Shown in pieces: positions 49,404 to 57,717 of a stretch of DNA of 64,000 nucleotides; the stretch's first letter is position 1, and each line of letters begins with the position of its first letter. The notes below the pieces were generated by a model. It was not told where the DNA came from. It was given only the letters and a program-made list of their open reading frames with translations, and searched no databases. Both the position numbers and the translations under genes were made by a program. Source of the stretch: an uncultured Flavipsychrobacter sp. (GTDB taxonomy: Bacteria; Bacteroidota; Bacteroidia; Chitinophagales; Chitinophagaceae); assembly GCA_964652995.1 (NCBI GenBank), contig CAZZCR010000004.1:85954-149953 (forward strand), read 5' to 3'.

Positions 49404-49928
49404 ATGGAAGCATATATAGGAACGATCATGCCAGTTGCATTTCCTTTCGCTCCACGCGGATGGACATCATGCCAAGGCCAACTACTTGCGATAAATCAAA
49501 ACCAGGCACTCTTTTCGCTCATCGGCACAACATACGGCGGGGATGGTATCCAAACATTTGCCCTACCCGACCTGCGCGGCAGGGTGATAGTGGGTCAGGG
49601 GCAATCTACTACCGGACACTACTACACGATGGGCGAGAAAAGTGGGCAGTACCAAACTACCTTACTCACAACACAGATACCAGCCCACACACACGCCATC
49701 AGCGTAAAATGCAATGCAATGGCTGCGTCAACGGGCGATCCAAACAATGCCTATTTTGGAGGAGGAGGACCGGTAACATATGACGCAACCCAGGACAACA
49801 CGCTAATGAATCCCGGCACGGTTGTAACCGGCACGGCAGGATCTGCCGTCCCTGTTCCGCTAACCAATCCGATCTTGCCAATGTATTATTGCATCAATAC
49901 AACCGGACTATTCCCATCAAGAAACTGA
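49404..49928 (+). CDS. phage-tail-collar-domain protein (MdpB-like), paralog 2 of 3
   Basis: Same architecture and length (174 aa). Lies 15 nt after paralog 1. Confidence 0.85.
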   Translation: MEAYIGTIMPVAFPFAPRGWTSCQGQLLAINQNQALFSLIGTTYGGDGIQTFALPDLRGRVIVGQGQSTTGHYYTMGEKSGQYQTTLLTTQIPAHTHAISVKCNAMAASTGDPNNAYFGGGGPVTYDATQDNTLMNPGTVVTGTAGSAVPVPLTNPILPMYYCINTTGLFPSRN

Positions 49929-49957
49929 TCTCATAACAATAAAAAACAGACAAAAAA

Positions 49958-50482
49958 ATGGAAGCATATATAGGATCAATTATCCCAATGGCTATAAGCT
50001 ATGCACCGGTTGGATGGATGTCGTGCGAGGGGCAACAACTTCCAATTGGAAACTACTCCGCACTTTTTGCACTGGTAGGAACCTACTATGGAGGTGATGG
50101 TGTCAGCACATTCTGCCTGCCAGACCTACGCGGAAGAGCGATTATCGGTCAGGGACAAGGCCCCGGACTGCCTGACTACACGGTTGGCGAGGCTCAGGGG
50201 AATACTACCATAACGCTAACAACAAGTCAGCTACCACCACATACTCACCAGATAAATGTTCATGCAAATTCGTTTTCTTCATCGACAAACAACCCTGCAA
50301 ACGCATTTTTTGGCGGAGGAAGCACAGCGATCTACGATGCTGCCGGCGATGGCACCAATATGAATATGCAATGTATTACTGCTGCACCGACAGGAAACAA
50401 TCAGCCGGTAAACATACAAAATCCATACCTCGCTATGTATTACAACATCTGTATTGAAGGGATATTTCCTGCAAGAAACTAA
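49958..50482 (+). CDS. phage-tail-collar-domain protein (MdpB-like), paralog 3 of 3
   Basis: Same architecture (174 aa). Lies 29 nt after paralog 2. Closest in sequence to paralog 1. Confidence 0.85.
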   Translation: MEAYIGSIIPMAISYAPVGWMSCEGQQLPIGNYSALFALVGTYYGGDGVSTFCLPDLRGRAIIGQGQGPGLPDYTVGEAQGNTTITLTTSQLPPHTHQINVHANSFSSSTNNPANAFFGGGSTAIYDAAGDGTNMNMQCITAAPTGNNQPVNIQNPYLAMYYNICIEGIFPARN

Positions 50483-50501
50483 TCGTGAAAACAAATAAAA
50501 A

Positions 50502-50536
50502 GGGGCTGTTCCTATAATCAGGAACGGCTCTTTTTT
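50502..50536 (+). terminator. rho-independent terminator (possibly partial) after the tail-collar triplet
   Basis: Stem gctgttcc / ggaacggc (one G-U pair) with an 8-nt loop, followed by TCTTTTTT. Confidence 0.5.
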
Positions 50537-50562
50537 GAAGCACACTATTCAAAAAGAAATAA

Positions 50563-51714
50563 ATGAAACAGATTGGCATTCTACTTCCGAGATCCGGAGT
50601 ATTTCCTACGATGACTTTCGACCTCGTAGACGGGTTCAAAAACGCTTTGAACGAGTCAGGTGCAAACAACTATGAACTTAAAACAGCCGGCATCGGGCAT
50701 GGTGGAAATAACAAAGAGATCTACACTGCAGTTGAGCAACTCATACTAAACGGTGCTTCAATAATTGTTGGATACTTCAACCCCTCAACAGTAACAATAC
50801 TGGAGCCTCTCATGAAGGCATCGAACACGCTGATGATATCATTGGATGCAGGATACCATTTGCCACCGTCCGTACAACAGCCACAAAACACATTTACAGT
50901 ATCACTACACGGAACACTTGCAGCACGCATAACTCCCTTGATAGCTGCAAAGCGTGGGGCAGAAAAGTTCGCATTCACCTGTTCATTCTATGACGCAGGA
51001 TATAGGATACCGTTTGGGCTATTTAACGGGTTGGATGAAAACAATTGTCAGATCGTTTTCAACCACACAACAAAGCTTAAAAGCAGCGAATTCACGATCG
51101 AGCCTCTGATTTCGTTTATCACAAATAACACAGATACAGCGATCTTCTCTGCCACATGTGCCGATATGACAAAAGACCTGTTTGAAGCTGCGGCTGTAAG
51201 CTCAGCATTCACAGATGTACCATGGTTTGCCAGCTCATTCACCGCTGAGGAAACCTGGCTTTCGCAGATGACGTTTCCGAATGCCACGATATCTGCAATA
51301 GTACCCTGGGGGCGACAACTAAACAACCCTGAGAATGATACCTTCGCAACCAAAATGACCGAAAAAAACAGAACACCAAACTTATTTTCCCTGTTGGGCT
51401 GGGAGGCAGGACTGATAGTAGCGGAAGCATTGAAACACGCGAACGTATCAGCGCAGATCGCCGCCTTAAAAACAAGTTCATTCTCAACACCCAGAGGAAC
51501 GCTTCACTTTGACCCAAACACGTTGGAAGCAATAACACCATTATATCAGGGGACAATTGTTCGCAACGAAGACAATGGCACCTGTCGTTTGGCTATTGGA
51601 GAGGCAATACCTGAAAATATTATAAAAATGAACTACAGTAAATTGAGAACAGAATCGGCACTACTAGAGAACGGAAACACTTCGTGGTTCAACTGTTATG
51701 GGTGTCTCGATTAA
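50563..51714 (+). CDS. type-I periplasmic-binding-protein-fold (LivJ/AmiC-like) protein lacking a signal peptide
   Basis: Starts directly with the PBP beta-strand (MKQIGILLPRSGVF…) and continues …IIVGYFNPSTV… …LLGWEAGLIVAEALK… …PRGTLHFDPNT…, the Leu/Ile/Val-binding/AmiC pattern. No N-terminal hydrophobic segment. C-terminal CYGC. Confidence 0.65.
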   Translation: MKQIGILLPRSGVFPTMTFDLVDGFKNALNESGANNYELKTAGIGHGGNNKEIYTAVEQLILNGASIIVGYFNPSTVTILEPLMKASNTLMISLDAGYHLPPSVQQPQNTFTVSLHGTLAARITPLIAAKRGAEKFAFTCSFYDAGYRIPFGLFNGLDENNCQIVFNHTTKLKSSEFTIEPLISFITNNTDTAIFSATCADMTKDLFEAAAVSSAFTDVPWFASSFTAEETWLSQMTFPNATISAIVPWGRQLNNPENDTFATKMTEKNRTPNLFSLLGWEAGLIVAEALKHANVSAQIAALKTSSFSTPRGTLHFDPNTLEAITPLYQGTIVRNEDNGTCRLAIGEAIPENIIKMNYSKLRTESALLENGNTSWFNCYGCLD

Positions 51715-51746
51715 ACAACCATAGACAAAGACACTAAAAACAAGAA

Positions 51747-52682
51747 ATGAGGATCGGTATTCTTTGCAGCAACCTTATTGCAATCCCAACTGTGCAATTG
51801 CTTATGAAACATCATGAGGTGGTGGGGATAGGTGTACCCGAAAAGGGAATAAAAATACGACACATACTTGAAAATGTTACTAATGGTAGCGGCGTCGAAG
51901 TAACAAGGATGTCGAGGGGGAATATCAAAAACCAAATGATAGAATGGATCAATATTATTCAACCGGAAATTGTGTTGGTTGCGACATTTCCGTTCAGGAT
52001 ATCGGAGGAAGTGTTGTCATTGCCCGCATATGGATTCTTAAATCTACACTTTGGCCTCTTGCCTGAAATGCGTGGTCCGGACCCAGTGTTCGAAAGCATC
52101 AGGCAACAAAAGAACAAAGCCGGAGCTACCATTCACGTGATGGACGGATCGTTTGACACCGGGCCAATTGTAAAAAGAGAAGAATTCCCACTACCTGCTC
52201 ACTTTACTTACGGAATGCTATCAGCGAAACTCGCCCATACAGGAGCCGACATGGCACTGACAACATTAACTCAGATCCAAGCCCAACAAAACATAGCTTC
52301 AATCGCACAGAATGAAACCATGAGTTGTTACTACCCTGCATTAAGTCCGCAACAACTTACCATCGACTGGAACACGATGAGTTCACGGGAGATCATTGCA
52401 CTTATTAATTCAATGAACCCTATAAGCAGGTCTTGCACACCAACATCTGTGAACGGATGGAACCTGGGAATATGCTATGCTACCCTTGTGAACCTTTCAG
52501 GCGACACTACCCGCTACAGACCCGGACAGGTGATCACAGTTGACGCACAAAACGGACTATTGATATTTACCAAAGACAATCTTGCGTTAAAAGCAGAAAC
52601 TATCCACATCGAAGAAGGGTACTTCCCTGGTTATACATTAGCAGCCTTCGGAGTACTGCCCGGCATGATATTCGGGACATAA
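51747..52682 (+). CDS. Fmt-like formyltransferase paralog (Formyl_trans_N + C-like domains)
   Basis: 311 aa, the same size as Fmt. Catalytic motif LNLHFGLLPEMRGPDP (N-x-H…LLP..RG) and the Asp segment HVMDGSFDTGPIV are present. The C-terminal part parallels the Fmt C-domain (LTIDWNTMSSREIIALINSMNP). The Fmt tRNA-contact loop (basic RPxGRG-type insert) is not evident. Confidence 0.75.
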   Translation: MRIGILCSNLIAIPTVQLLMKHHEVVGIGVPEKGIKIRHILENVTNGSGVEVTRMSRGNIKNQMIEWINIIQPEIVLVATFPFRISEEVLSLPAYGFLNLHFGLLPEMRGPDPVFESIRQQKNKAGATIHVMDGSFDTGPIVKREEFPLPAHFTYGMLSAKLAHTGADMALTTLTQIQAQQNIASIAQNETMSCYYPALSPQQLTIDWNTMSSREIIALINSMNPISRSCTPTSVNGWNLGICYATLVNLSGDTTRYRPGQVITVDAQNGLLIFTKDNLALKAETIHIEEGYFPGYTLAAFGVLPGMIFGT

Positions 52683-52690
52683 CACAGGCG

Positions 52691-53743
52691 TCAACCCAAT
52701 GCTGTAAGCGACAACAACCGGTCCTTTATGATGTATAGGGGCGACGCAATAGCATTCACATATTGAAAATTCCCGTCCCTATCATTTTTTATTGATAGCT
52801 GAATTCCACTTGCCTCGCTTTGAATGGCATTGGCTACATACCTTCCCTTTGCCCTATCGTAAAAGAAATATGGCGATCCTGAAGAACCAAAACGGAAGTA
52901 CCCCTTAATAAGGTATCTATACCCTTCAAAACGATAATTCCCGCCTATATCATCGGGGAATATCCCAAAATGATCGAGCATTCCTTCAATCTTGGCAGTA
53001 TTTAACAAACGCCCTGCCGGCCCGCTGGGTGAACTCTGCAAACAGTAAAGTGGCTGTTCATCATCCTCAATGAAATCAAAGTTAAGGTCAGCTACCGGTA
53101 TCCTGTCTATTATTTCAGCCGGGACACCGACAATACGGTACAATGCGATATCTTCCTGATAGAACGCTTCAACAAGCTCTACCGGCACAAGAAATGTATG
53201 CTTTCCGGCGTCGCCATCAAATAGGCGCATAGACGGATCGAACAACTGACTTAGGTTGATGTCGCCATAGAAATCCTGTCCGCGAAACTGGAAAATGAGA
53301 TGTGGCGTGCATATCTTTTTCTCAGAAAGAGTGACCCAACGAGTATCAAAACGCTTTTGTTTCAATATTGCAGCAATATTCTGCAAAGCACTAGGGTCAT
53401 TAGTAGCCAAGTATTTCTTCTGCGTATACTCATCTGTTTCGTAATGCTGCTCCATGAAACGACTCTGTGACCCATCAAGGATAGAGAATATCTCCTGACG
53501 GTACCTTGCGATATCGATGGAGCGAAAGTACCCTTGCTGTAGCCTCAGATTATGGGCAACACTCAGAAAATACCCCTTACCGATATGAAATGCGGAAATG
53601 TTGTTTTCAAATATCCTTCTGTTGGGCTCATCAGCATTATAAACCCACATAATTCGATGCAAGGGAGAACTGAGTTCGTCAATTAGCTGGCGTTTATCGG
53701 CTTTAACAGAATCGGCATCGTTGGTGTCAAATTGCAGGAACAT
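52691..53743 (-). CDS. signal-peptide-less trypsin/chymotrypsin-fold serine protease-like protein
   Basis: Candidate catalytic triad in canonical order: His64 (FLSVAHNL), Asp198 (EDIALYRI), Ser288 (FGSSGSP). The N-terminus is acidic and hydrophilic. His-to-Asp spacing is ~134 aa. Confidence 0.6.
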   Translation of the reverse strand: MFLQFDTNDADSVKADKRQLIDELSSPLHRIMWVYNADEPNRRIFENNISAFHIGKGYFLSVAHNLRLQQGYFRSIDIARYRQEIFSILDGSQSRFMEQHYETDEYTQKKYLATNDPSALQNIAAILKQKRFDTRWVTLSEKKICTPHLIFQFRGQDFYGDINLSQLFDPSMRLFDGDAGKHTFLVPVELVEAFYQEDIALYRIVGVPAEIIDRIPVADLNFDFIEDDEQPLYCLQSSPSGPAGRLLNTAKIEGMLDHFGIFPDDIGGNYRFEGYRYLIKGYFRFGSSGSPYFFYDRAKGRYVANAIQSEASGIQLSIKNDRDGNFQYVNAIASPLYIIKDRLLSLTALG

Positions 53744-53839
53744 CAGAAAAGCGTTGTTTGGTTTATACTCCTTCGTAAATATACCAATAAATAGCCGGTA
53801 TGCACAAAAGGTGATGGTAGGTAATTACCATTGAGAACG

Positions 53840-53847
53840 TACATTTG
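53840..53847 (+). promoter_or_regulatory. candidate -7 promoter box (TAnnTTTG) for ruvX
   Basis: TACATTTG lies 20 nt upstream of the GTG at 53868. Confidence 0.4.
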
Positions 53848-53867
53848 TCATAAATATAAGAGTCTTC

Positions 53868-54281
53868 GTGGGACGAGTAATTGCGCTGGATATTGGAAAA
53901 AAACGAACTGGAATAGCAGTTACCGACCCCCTGCAGATCATTGCGACAGCACTGGCAACTGTAGAGACCGGAGAGTTGATAGGCTACCTGAAGAAGTACA
54001 TTCAGAACGAACCGGTTGATAAGGTGGTGGTTGGGTACCCACTAAACTTTGACGACTCACCTACTGATGCAACACCAATTGTTGAGAAGTTCATCACAAA
54101 ATTTGGCAATGTATTTCCGGATATGCCGGTCATCAAAACCGATGAAAGAATGACATCTAAAATGGCATCTGCTGAGATCGCCGGAATGGGGCTTAAAAAG
54201 AAAGAACGAGAAAAGAAAGAACTGATTGATGCTGTTGCCGCGGTAATTATGCTGCAGGAGTATCTGGAAAATTCAATTTAA
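53868..54281 (+). CDS. ruvX: Holliday-junction resolvase-like nuclease YqgF/RuvX
   Basis: N-terminus GRVIALDIGKKRTGIAVTD, 137 aa, typical YqgF. Starts with GTG. Confidence 0.9.
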   Translation: MGRVIALDIGKKRTGIAVTDPLQIIATALATVETGELIGYLKKYIQNEPVDKVVVGYPLNFDDSPTDATPIVEKFITKFGNVFPDMPVIKTDERMTSKMASAEIAGMGLKKKEREKKELIDAVAAVIMLQEYLENSI

Positions 54282-54330
54282 ACCAGGAGTATACACTTCA
54301 TTAATTTGTAAACAGACAACAATCCAGACA

Positions 54331-55578
54331 TTGTTACTTTACAATCTCTTCCTGCTTCTTTACCGATCTGCTATCGGGCTATCTGCTACTTACAACGAGA
54401 AAGCTCGTTTATGGATTGCAGGTAGAAAAAACTGGCGATCGCGCTATAGCGAACAAATATCGCAGGGTAAGAAGAGAATATGGATCCACTGTGCATCGCT
54501 TGGCGAGTTTGAACAAGGACGGCCGCTTATAGAATTGATGAAAAAAAAGTGGCCTGACCACAGAATTCTACTTACATTCTTTTCTCCATCGGGATTCGAA
54601 ACATGTAAAAATTTCAAGGGAGCCGACGAGATAGTTTACCTACCACTAGACGGACGTGCCAATGCAACGGCCTTCTTAGATATTGCTAAGCCGTCTATGG
54701 CTATATTTATCAAGTATGAATTCTGGCATTATTTCCTGCATGAACTTAATAGCCGAAACATCCCTATCCTGTTGACTTCAGCAACCTTCAGAAAAGAACA
54801 GATATTCTTCAAATGGTACGGTGGGTTCTTCAGAAAAATGCTGAATTATTTTACTCAAATCCATGTGCAGGATAAAGCTTCGGTTGATCTACTGGCGACA
54901 ATTGGCATTACTGAAAATGTTCAGATCACCGGCGACACCCGATACGACCGAGTAACGGCTATCTCTTCAGGCTTACGCCCCATTGCTCAAGCCGAAAAAT
55001 TCAAAGGCAACGAGAAAGTACTTGTATGTGGCAGTACATGGCCTACCGATGAGGCAATAATTACCAAAAGCATTGGTGCGCTTCCGCCGGATTGGAAAAT
55101 AATAATTGCACCGCACGAGATAGACGAGAAACATATATTACAGATCGAATCTACTTTTGGTGGTGCCGCGACGAGATTCTCGAGACTTGAAGCAGATATT
55201 GACAACTATAATAAACGCATCCTCATTATTGACAACATTGGTATGCTATCCAGCCTGTATGCCTACGGAGACATTGCATACGTTGGTGGAGGATTCCAAA
55301 AGGGAGGCATACATAACACGCTCGAGCCGGCAATTTTTGGACTGCCCGTAATCATAGGACCAGTATATAGAAAATTTGTTGAAGCCGTAGAATTGGTAAA
55401 CAGAAAGGCGGCATTTGTGGCCAAAGATGAAGTTGATCTCAAAAATCTTCTATCAGTGTTAGCTACCAATATCGAACAGAGAGACATGGTGAAGGGCGAT
55501 CTAACACAGTTCATGGCAGAAAAAACCGGTGCCGCCGACCGCATAATTACCCAAATAGAAGCAAGCAAGTTATTATAA
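54331..55578 (+). CDS. waaA: 3-deoxy-D-manno-octulosonic-acid (Kdo) transferase
   Basis: N-terminal membrane anchor, then WIHCASLGEFEQGRPLIE and the C-terminal GGF..GGHN.LEP motif. Starts with TTG. Confidence 0.9.
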   Translation: MLLYNLFLLLYRSAIGLSATYNEKARLWIAGRKNWRSRYSEQISQGKKRIWIHCASLGEFEQGRPLIELMKKKWPDHRILLTFFSPSGFETCKNFKGADEIVYLPLDGRANATAFLDIAKPSMAIFIKYEFWHYFLHELNSRNIPILLTSATFRKEQIFFKWYGGFFRKMLNYFTQIHVQDKASVDLLATIGITENVQITGDTRYDRVTAISSGLRPIAQAEKFKGNEKVLVCGSTWPTDEAIITKSIGALPPDWKIIIAPHEIDEKHILQIESTFGGAATRFSRLEADIDNYNKRILIIDNIGMLSSLYAYGDIAYVGGGFQKGGIHNTLEPAIFGLPVIIGPVYRKFVEAVELVNRKAAFVAKDEVDLKNLLSVLATNIEQRDMVKGDLTQFMAEKTGAADRIITQIEASKLL

Positions 55579-56075
55579 ACCCGGGATCAAGTTGGTGGAT
55601 CGGTAACATCATGAATCAAGGGTGGTGTTGACGAATGCTTTGTACCAGGAACCAAAAGACATACTGCACAATCTCTCTCAAGCACGCAATTTTTTATTTC
55701 TGCGCAGTCCGCGGTGTTTTTATTGATTATCAATGTGTATGTGGGAAGTTTTGCTTCCCACAGCTTCCCAAAACTGCGCAAAACCTGCGCAGTACTTCCC
55801 ACAGCGAGAAGTAAAAAAAATCACCATACATGCTTATTACCCTCATTTCCTGCAACATCGATACAAGTTACAACCGGGATAACAACGAGGCAAAAAGAAA
55901 ATCTATGATAGTGCGTTTTATGTAGTGTGGTAGAAACCTCTCCCTAGCCCTCTCCGAGGGTGGTATGAGATCGAATGAGTGCTGTGGGGTATGTCCCCTT
56001 TGCTGAAAAAGCTCTGGCTGGTATGACCCGCCTCCCGTACCAGTAGGGTCCAAGACTTACACCATAACCCAGAAT

Positions 56076-57500
56076 CTAACATTCACTGAGGCCAAGCGGC
56101 ACCTGCACCGCCAATCCACCTTCCGCTGTCTCTTTATACTTGTGGTTCATGTCTAACGCCGTTTCATACATGGTATTCACTACATCGTCCAAAGTGATCC
56201 TTGCCTTTTGAGGATTGCCTTGCAGTGCCAACTGAGACGCAGTTATTGCCTTTATTGCACCCATCGTATTTCGCTCGATACAGGGAACCTGCACCAAACC
56301 ACCTACAGGGTCGCAGGTAAGACCCAGGTGATGCTCCATTGCTATCTCAGCCGCCATCAGACACTGTTCAACATTACCACCCAGCGCCTCGGTAAGTGCT
56401 GCGGCGGCCATAGAAGATGAAACCCCTATCTCAGCCTGACAGCCACCCATTGCCGCCGAGAGCGTGGCACCCTTCTTGAATATACTCCCTATCTCTGAGG
56501 CGGTAAGCAGGAAATTGATGATCTTATCTTCATTATTTCCATCGCAGAATGCGATAAAATATTGCAGCACTGCCGGAACTACCCCCGCAGCACCATTCGT
56601 TGGTGCAGTAACTACCCTGCTGAAAGAAGCGTTCTCCTCATTTACTGCAAGCGCAAAACAACTGACCCAATCGAGCGTGTATTGAAAAGACGGCTTCCCA
56701 GATTGAATAATCGATAACCACTCGTCGTAATTACTGTATTTCTTACCGTCGGTAAGCTTAGCATTCAAACCGTTTGCCCTGCGAATAACGTTTAAGCCAC
56801 CTGGCAACTCCCCACCTATATGACATCCTCTGTAAATGCATTCACGCATAACCTGCCATATCTTCATGACTCCCTTTCGGGTCTCTTCCTCACTTCGCCA
56901 TGTCTTCTCATTTTCCATTACCACACCGGAGATGCTTAGCCCTGTTTTTTTGCAGGCAGCCAAAAGGTATTCGGCCTTTTCTATCGGGTACGGCAAGTGA
57001 ACAAAATTCCCGCCACTACCCTCTTCTCCCTCTTTCACTACAAACCCACCTCCTATTGAATAATAGGTTTCGGCAATCTCATCACCATCTGAAAATGAAC
57101 ACAAAAACGTCAGCGCATTCGGATGGTACTGAAGACTCTCGTTGAAGAGGAAAACCACATCTTTTGCCGGGTCAAAATCTATTGTACGTGTTCCACTAAG
57201 ATTTAGCACCTTTTCGTCACCGATCTGCTTTATTCTGGGTGTGATCAGATTTACATCAAATGTCACAGGATCCTCCCCACACAAACCCAATATAACCGCA
57301 ACATCTGTTCCGTGGCCTTTTCCCGTTTTGGCAAGCGACCCGTAAAGGAGTACTCTAACATGCGCTACTTTATCTATACCCTTCTTTTTAACACTATCAA
57401 TGAATCGCAACGCTGCTCTCCATGGACCCAGGGTGTGAGAACTACTGGGCCCTACTCCGATCTTAAATATATCAAATACAGAAATACTTTCCTTGCTCAA
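56076..57500 (-). CDS. sdaA: L-serine ammonia-lyase (Fe-S type, single chain)
   Basis: [23 protein letters not shown]-terminus. Alpha-domain motifs include GGCQAEIG. The start is uncertain: TTG at 57500 fits homolog N-termini, and the ORF-track TTG at 57545 is also possible. Confidence 0.9.
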   Translation of the reverse strand: MSKESISVFDIFKIGVGPSSSHTLGPWRAALRFIDSVKKKGIDKVAHVRVLLYGSLAKTGKGHGTDVAVILGLCGEDPVTFDVNLITPRIKQIGDEKVLNLSGTRTIDFDPAKDVVFLFNESLQYHPNALTFLCSFSDGDEIAETYYSIGGGFVVKEGEEGSGGNFVHLPYPIEKAEYLLAACKKTGLSISGVVMENEKTWRSEEETRKGVMKIWQVMRECIYRGCHIGGELPGGLNVIRRANGLNAKLTDGKKYSNYDEWLSIIQSGKPSFQYTLDWVSCFALAVNEENASFSRVVTAPTNGAAGVVPAVLQYFIAFCDGNNEDKIINFLLTASEIGSIFKKGATLSAAMGGCQAEIGVSSSMAAAALTEALGGNVEQCLMAAEIAMEHHLGLTCDPVGGLVQVPCIERNTMGAIKAITASQLALQGNPQKARITLDDVVNTMYETALDMNHKYKETAEGGLAVQVPLGLSEC

Positions 57501-57693
57501 ATTGATGAATGTGTATAGTGAATCGTTGATAAATACCGGTCGCAAATATAGTGCCTATCGTACACACAAAACACAACCCGACCAGAGTCACAGCAATATG
57601 ATCTGTCTATACCACATTTAAGTATCAAAAGAACAGCTCACAACACGAATGGATCATGGAAAGTTGCGGCAAAAGTCGAACTTCCATTTGACG

Positions 57694-57701
57694 TATCTTT
57701 G
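57694..57701 (+). promoter_or_regulatory. candidate -7 promoter box (TAnnTTTG) for the S41 protease gene
   Basis: TATCTTTG lies 16 nt upstream of the ATG at 57718. It sits inside the longer track ORF, which argues for the downstream start. Confidence 0.4.
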
Positions 57702-57717
57702 CACCAGTGATTTGACG

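Noticed and set aside
49460-49783. 107-aa alternative-frame ORF inside tail-collar paralog 2.
   Set aside because: It is a same-strand overlapping frame with an Arg/Gly/Cys-rich translation. The collar-domain frame is clearly the coding one.
48861-50482. Tail-collar genes as evidence of a prophage or tailocin.
   Set aside because: There are no capsid, terminase, portal, baseplate, sheath, tape-measure, lysis or integrase genes anywhere in the flanking 10 kb. The neighbours are a chromosomal adhesin and metabolic-type genes.
55587-56053. Three ORFs of 61-71 aa in the waaA-sdaA gap (55587-55802 -, 55714-55908 +, 55868-56053 -).
   Set aside because: They overlap one another, have odd composition (for example MDPTGTGGGSYQPELFQQRG…) and span repeat/hairpin DNA. 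The region is treated as non-coding (see findings).
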